Shown: positions 59,198 to 64,000 of the stretch, piece by piece
Layout: the number at the start of each line of letters is the position of its first letter
Position numbering within the stretch: position 1 is the first letter of the stretch
From: an uncultured delta proteobacterium
Lineage (GTDB): Bacteria; Myxococcota; Kuafuiibacteriia; Kuafuiibacteriales; Kuafuiibacteriaceae
Direction of reading: 5' to 3'
Assembly: GCA_963803435.1 (NCBI GenBank)
Contig: CAWDML010000001.1
Span: forward strand, 1,408,001-1,472,000
DNA: 64,000 nt
Translations under genes and position numbers: made by a program
Notes under the pieces: generated by a model
Databases searched by the model: none
What the model was told of the DNA's origin: nothing
Seen by the model: only the letters and a program-made list of their open reading frames with translations

Positions 59198-60679
59198 TTA
59201 TGCTCGAAAGCGACGGGGAAACGAGGGTTTCTGCCCTGATGACGGCGACTTGAAGGTACCCGTTCGATCGCGAGACGAAGCCCTGGAGAGCAGCGTGGCC
59301 AGGGCCAATCGCGCCGCCGAGAGACCGGCGAGCCGGCCATTGATCGTCGGCGTGGCGCCTTCGGGGAGCTTCGGCGTCAGCAGGGAGTAGACCGACGCGG
59401 TCCCCGGGAGGGCGTTTCGAACGCGTGCGTATCGCGTCGCGCGGAGCAACCGAACCAGGACCTCGGGCGGATCGTCGAGGCGTTCGATCGGGTGCACGGC
59501 GATCCCGAGCTCGCTCGCTTTCTCCATCAACATCGGCGCACCGGCGAGATGAAACCCGTCGTCGATCGTGGCGAGCATGTGGGCCACGACCACATCGGCT
59601 CGAACCGCCGCGGCGAGGACGTGCGCGATCCCCGCCACGCGCCCCGACGCGAGCAACCGCCGGGATGCGGCGATCTGCACCTCCGGGGCGCCACCGCACA
59701 CGAGCGCCAGCGCCCCGCCCGCACTCTCCGGGATCGCGCGGCGATCCGGTGCGGCGAGCCGGGCGAGCTCGGCCCAACCGAAGGTCGTCCCGCCGCGCGA
59801 CTCGATGTGCAGCCCCTGAGACGCTTCGTTCTGTCGTCGCTCTTCGAGCAGATCAGGTTCGGATCGAAACAGATCTGGAACCACGAGGGCCGCCAGGTCG
59901 GCGTTCGGGGTCCCCTGCTGCGCCTCGAGCGCCGGCGCCAGATCGAAGGTCCGCAGTCGGTCCGCGTTCTCGATCCCCCACCGGAAGAGCGCGTGCCCGA
60001 GATCGCGCACGTACGGAGACACCAGCTCGATCGGCGCAAACCCGTCCGAGATGAGCACCCAGATCTCACCGGCAGGCAGCTGCGCCAGGACAGCGTCGGC
60101 GATCTGACGGCCCCGCTCCTCGAGGCGATCGGGACGGACGTCGTCGTGGAGGTGGACGGTCGCGGCGAAGTCGCGCCGGGCCATCCAGGCCAGATCGGCG
60201 CGGAGCTGAGGCGCGCGCCAATCGACACCGGCGATCTCCGACGCCGGCGCCTCGAGGAGGACAGCGAGCTCAGTCACCAGCATCGGGTCGAGCTCACCGT
60301 CGAGCGCATCGATCAGATCGCTCCGCTCGGAGAGACGGGCGCGGATCGTCGCGGCCGCCAGCCGATAGCGTGCGAGGTCGAGGAGGAGCGCCGTCAGGTC
60401 GCCGCCCGACGCGGGCACCTCGACGACGAGCGAGCGCTCCATCGCCGACCACGCGCTGCCCTCGGCGAGCGGAACCAAGTCGGAGGGCCGCGCCTCGAGC
60501 ACCCAGATCGACTCGGCGTGGATCAACCCGCTGGGGAGCCGCGCGCAGAGCGCGAGCAGATCATCGAGACGCACGCGATCGACCAGGTGCGGCGCGCCCG
60601 CTGCGATCACCTGCGCGATCGCGCCGAGATCGACGACGGCTCGGTTCGCCAACAGATCGATCAGGCGGCGATCGATCAC
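59198..60679 (-). CDS. Hypothetical protein
   Basis: Likely GTG start at 60679 overlapping the TlpA stop (GTGA); ~490-aa open frame; no family recognised. Confidence 0.6.
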   Translation of the reverse strand: MIDRRLIDLLANRAVVDLGAIAQVIAAGAPHLVDRVRLDDLLALCARLPSGLIHAESIWVLEARPSDLVPLAEGSAWSAMERSLVVEVPASGGDLTALLLDLARYRLAAATIRARLSERSDLIDALDGELDPMLVTELAVLLEAPASEIAGVDWRAPQLRADLAWMARRDFAATVHLHDDVRPDRLEERGRQIADAVLAQLPAGEIWVLISDGFAPIELVSPYVRDLGHALFRWGIENADRLRTFDLAPALEAQQGTPNADLAALVVPDLFRSEPDLLEERRQNEASQGLHIESRGGTTFGWAELARLAAPDRRAIPESAGGALALVCGGAPEVQIAASRRLLASGRVAGIAHVLAAAVRADVVVAHMLATIDDGFHLAGAPMLMEKASELGIAVHPIERLDDPPEVLVRLLRATRYARVRNALPGTASVYSLLTPKLPEGATPTINGRLAGLSAARLALATLLSRASSRDRTGTFKSPSSGQKPSFPRRFRA

Positions 60680-61242
60680 AGCGCCGGCTCGATCGCGCGA
60701 CGCAGCTGGCGCTCGGAGGCCGGCCCGCGGAAGGAGGCGCGGATGACGCCCGTCCGGTCGATCACGAAGCTGGTGGGGAAGCTGTAGACGCCGTAGTCGG
60801 TGTGGATCGTCCCCGGATCGACGACCGAGGGGAACGTGAGGTGCGCGCGCTCGAGGAAGCGCTTCACGTGGGGCTCGGCGCCCGGCTCTTGATTCACACC
60901 CAGGACGACGAGGCCTCGATCGCGGTACTCGTCCTGGATCTTCTGCAGGTGCGGCATCGAGGCGACGCACGGAGGACACCAGGTCGCCCAGAAGTCGAGG
61001 ACCACGACCTTGCCGCCGAGGCCTGCCAGCGAGACCGTCCGGCCCTCGACGTCGGTGCCGGCGAACAGGGGCGCGGCGACGCCCGGTCCGGGCGGGAGCG
61101 GTCCGGCGGCGATCGCGTAGATGTGGCGCGCGGCGAGCCCGAGCGCGGCCAGCATCAGGGCGGCCAGCAGCGCCCCGGACCAGCGATCCGCCCGCTTGCT
61201 GTGCTCACGCCGCTCGAGGAGCGCGTCCGGCGAGGCCGTCAT
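60676..61242 (-). CDS. TlpA/ResA-family thiol-disulfide oxidoreductase
   Basis: N-terminal TM; GKVVVLDFWATWCPPC, YGVYSFPTSFVIDR.G. Confidence 0.9.
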   Translation of the reverse strand: MTASPDALLERREHSKRADRWSGALLAALMLAALGLAARHIYAIAAGPLPPGPGVAAPLFAGTDVEGRTVSLAGLGGKVVVLDFWATWCPPCVASMPHLQKIQDEYRDRGLVVLGVNQEPGAEPHVKRFLERAHLTFPSVVDPGTIHTDYGVYSFPTSFVIDRTGVIRASFRGPASERQLRRAIEPAL

Positions 61243-61253
61243 GGGCGTCCATC

Positions 61254-61610
61254 CTACCAACGTCCCGACGGGATCGGCCATGCCCCCGGAGGGATCTCGC
61301 TGGTCACGAAGCACCAGGCGACGCGCCGCTCGCCGCGCTCGGTGGTCACCTCGCAGCGGATGCGGCGATAGAGCGAGCCCTCGTACGCGTCCAGATCCGG
61401 GAGGAACGGCCCCAGGTCGTCGAAGAGACAGAGCTGGCCGTGAACGATCCCGTCGCCCTCGATCATCGCCGGATAGCCTTCGGGGAGGCCGAACAGTCGG
61501 CCGCGCACGGTGGCGGGCTCGACCGTGATTGCCGCCGCGACCAGCCCATGATTCGGTTGCCCCCGCATGAGCGTGCCGTAGACAAAGAGAGCGTCCGGGT
61601 TCTCGATGAT
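61254..61610 (-). CDS. Gamma-glutamylcyclotransferase (AIG2-like); start codon unclear
   Basis: LFVYGTLMRGQPNH lies upstream of the annotated ATG; YPA, LDAYEG..YRR, IPSGRW. Confidence 0.8.
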   Translation of the reverse strand: MIENPDALFVYGTLMRGQPNHGLVAAAITVEPATVRGRLFGLPEGYPAMIEGDGIVHGQLCLFDDLGPFLPDLDAYEGSLYRRIRCEVTTERGERRVAWCFVTSEIPPGAWPIPSGRW

Positions 61611-64000
61611 TCGTCTATTCTACTCCAACCGTACCGAGCGTCTCGCCGAGGCCCTGATCCAGAACCTGCGCCCGGAAGGGGCGAGCCCGCTCGATCCCGT
61701 CCCGATCGTCATCCCGAGCCTGGCGCTGGCCGCTCACCTCAAGCACCAGATCGCCGCCGAGACCGGGATCGCCGCCAACCTCGACCTGATCTTTCTCGAG
61801 CGATTCCTGGGCGGCCTGGTGGAGGCGTCCGGCGGACCGAAGGTCTCGAACTTCGAGCGCATGCAGGCGGCCTTGCTGCGCGCGCTCCACGACGAGCAGC
61901 TGCTGGCGACGGACCCGATGGCGCCCGTCCGCGAGTACCTGTTCGCGGGCGGAGAGGATGAGCCGGCGATCGATCTGCGGCGGTTCCAGCTGGCCCACCG
62001 GGTGGCGCGGCACTTCGACGAGTACGTCCTGACGCGCGAGCAGATGCTCGAAGCCTGGCGTGAGCGCACGGTCTTCGGCTCGACCCTCCACGCCCGCACC
62101 GAGGCGTGGCAGCGGGCGCTCTGGCTGTGGCTGATCGAGCACGACTGCCTGGTGACGCTGGTGGACGCGTTCGGCGCTCCGCGGCTCGAGCTCGAGGTCC
62201 CACCGCGAGTCCATCTGTTCGACGTGCAGCTGGCGGCGCCGGCGTACCGCACGATCCTGGGGAAGCTCGGGGAGCGCTCGGAGCTGCTGCTGTACGCCCT
62301 CAACCCTTGCCACGAGTTCTGGGAGGACATGCAGGCGGGCTTCGACTTCGACGAGCGCGGCGACGACACTCCGGCGCTGCGGCTGTGGGGCCGGCCGGGC
62401 CGCGAGAGCGTGCGGCTGCTCGACGCCCTGGCGAACTTCGACTTCGAGGCGTGCTTCGAGGCGCCGGCCGCGGGCGGGCGGACGCTGCTCACGCAGTTCC
62501 AGCAGGACGTGCTCGATCGCCACCCCGAGCGGACCACCTGCGATCCGAGCTTCGACTTCGAGGACGACGAGAGCGTACGCCTGCTGGCCTGCCCGGGGTT
62601 GCGGCGCGAAGTCGAGGTGATCGCGCAGGAGATCTGGTCGATGGTGGAGCGTTACGCGACCACGGATCGCCCGCTCGCCTTCAATGAGATCGCGGTGGTG
62701 CTGGCGGGGCGGGATCAGGAGGCCTATCGGGCCCACGTGGGCGCGGTCTTCGAGGAGTTCTATCAGATCCCGCACGGCTTCCTCGAGGTGCCGCTCTCGT
62801 CGCAGAGCCGCGTGGTGGAGGCGATCCTGCTCTTGCTTGCGCTCCCCCACTCGAGGTTCACGCGGCCCGAGCTGCTCCGCTTCATCACGCACCCCGCGGT
62901 GATCGCGAAGGTCGGCGACGCCGATCCCGAGGACTGGCTCACCTGGTGCGACGACCTCGGGATCGTGCACGGTGCGGATCGCTCCGACCACGAGAACACG
63001 TACATCGAGCGCGACCTCTACAACTGGGAGCAAGGGCTGAAGCGGCTGATGCTCGGGACGTTCATGAGCGGGCAGCGGAGCGCTGACGAGCGCGTCTTCT
63101 CGGCCGGCGGACAGGACTACCTCCCGTACGAGGTACCTGTGGACCGCCTCCGGAGCGCCGCCAAGCTGGCCTCGCTGGTGCGGTCGCTGATCGCGGACGC
63201 GCGCTTCGCCGAGCGCACCCAGCTCACGCTGGCTGAATGGGCGGAGCTCCTCCGGGGAATGATCACCGCGTACGTGGGCGCCGAGGAGGAGCACGACGAG
63301 CGCGACCTCTTCCGCTGTCTCTCGGCGGTGGACGAGCTGGCGGAGCTCGACCCGGAGGGACCGCCGATCTCGTTCCGGATCGCGGCCGAGTTCGTGAAGC
63401 AGCGACTCTCGCGGCTGGCGACGAACGTGGGCACGCCGCTGGCCGAGGGCGTGGTGGTGGCGCCCCTGACCCTGGCGTACGCCCTCCCGTTCCGGGTGAT
63501 CTTCCTGATGGGTATGGGGGAGGGCCGGTTCCCCGTCAGCGACAAGAAGAGCCAGCTCGACCTGCGCGCGCTCGAGCACCGGCCCGGCGACTTCAGCCCG
63601 CGGGAGCGCGATCAATACCGCTTCCTGCTCGCGCTCTCATCGGCGCGCGACGCCGTCCGGATCTCCTGGGTGTCGCGCGATCCGCAGACCGGCGAGGATA
63701 TGATGCCGTCACCGGTCCTCCTCGAGCTGGAGCAGATGCTCGAGCGCGGCTACCTCAGGGAGGAGGGCCGCCTGGAGCGACGCCACCCGCTCCGGCGGTA
63801 CCACGATCGCGTAGACGGTACCGCAGTGCCTCCGATCGTCGCGCGCGAGGTGCAGGCGCTCGAGCTCAGAGACAGCTTGCGGCGCCACCTCGGGGATCCC
63901 GAGGCCGCCCTGTCGCTGCGAGCGCTGCGCCACCGCCTCCCCGCGCCGACGTGGGCGCGGATCGCGGAGCGCCTCCGTCTGTCGGAGCCACCGCCGATCA
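61606..64000 (+). CDS. recC: Exodeoxyribonuclease V gamma subunit (3' end outside window)
   Basis: MIRLFYSNRTERLAEAL, GIAANLD, LNPCHEFWED, LRLWGRPGRE, REVEVI, LPFRVIFLMGMGEGRFP, RDQYRFL. Confidence 0.88.
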   Translation, partial: MIRLFYSNRTERLAEALIQNLRPEGASPLDPVPIVIPSLALAAHLKHQIAAETGIAANLDLIFLERFLGGLVEASGGPKVSNFERMQAALLRALHDEQLLATDPMAPVREYLFAGGEDEPAIDLRRFQLAHRVARHFDEYVLTREQMLEAWRERTVFGSTLHARTEAWQRALWLWLIEHDCLVTLVDAFGAPRLELEVPPRVHLFDVQLAAPAYRTILGKLGERSELLLYALNPCHEFWEDMQAGFDFDERGDDTPALRLWGRPGRESVRLLDALANFDFEACFEAPAAGGRTLLTQFQQDVLDRHPERTTCDPSFDFEDDESVRLLACPGLRREVEVIAQEIWSMVERYATTDRPLAFNEIAVVLAGRDQEAYRAHVGAVFEEFYQIPHGFLEVPLSSQSRVVEAILLLLALPHSRFTRPELLRFITHPAVIAKVGDADPEDWLTWCDDLGIVHGADRSDHENTYIERDLYNWEQGLKRLMLGTFMSGQRSADERVFSAGGQDYLPYEVPVDRLRSAAKLASLVRSLIADARFAERTQLTLAEWAELLRGMITAYVGAEEEHDERDLFRCLSAVDELAELDPEGPPISFRIAAEFVKQRLSRLATNVGTPLAEGVVVAPLTLAYALPFRVIFLMGMGEGRFPVSDKKSQLDLRALEHRPGDFSPRERDQYRFLLALSSARDAVRISWVSRDPQTGEDMMPSPVLLELEQMLERGYLREEGRLERRHPLRRYHDRVDGTAVPPIVAREVQALELRDSLRRHLGDPEAALSLRALRHRLPAPTWARIAERLRLSEPPPI

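Overview
High-GC (about 70%) bacterial window with Myxococcota-like hallmarks: a MYXO-CTERM-type tail on an S8 protease, many Cys-rich lipoproteins, and an ECF sigma/FecR-PEGA-TPR cluster. Bases 1-20.7 kb hold the distal part of a flagellar gene cluster (fliM'NOPQR, flhBAFG, fliA, flgFGAHIJMNKL, fliCDS, fliT-like). The cluster ends in a second flhG-fliA cassette with its own sigma54 promoter and enhancer, which twins the one in front of fliR. Convergent on that cassette is a signal-peptide-less protein whose C-terminal domain resembles the colicin M catalytic fold, coupled to a lipoprotein (candidate toxin-immunity pair); a multidomain GH25 muramidase lies just upstream. This toxin gene, an M49 peptidase gene and a hypothetical gene after ligA all lack Sec signals and have sigma28-like -10 boxes. 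That pattern suggests, as an inference, a flagellar-T3SS-exported effector regulon. The rest holds housekeeping genes (mutM, glgP, ligA, glnS, recC), surface lipoproteins, a 6.3-kb block bracketed by a duplicated hlyC/CNNM-mutM junction, and a decayed IS1182-family element carrying a four-helix-bundle gene between repeat-rich inverted ends. Ten apparent frameshifts or premature stops are each repaired by restoring a GATC. They are probably sequencing errors at modified GATC sites, not real pseudogenes. No rRNA, tRNA or CRISPR array was seen.
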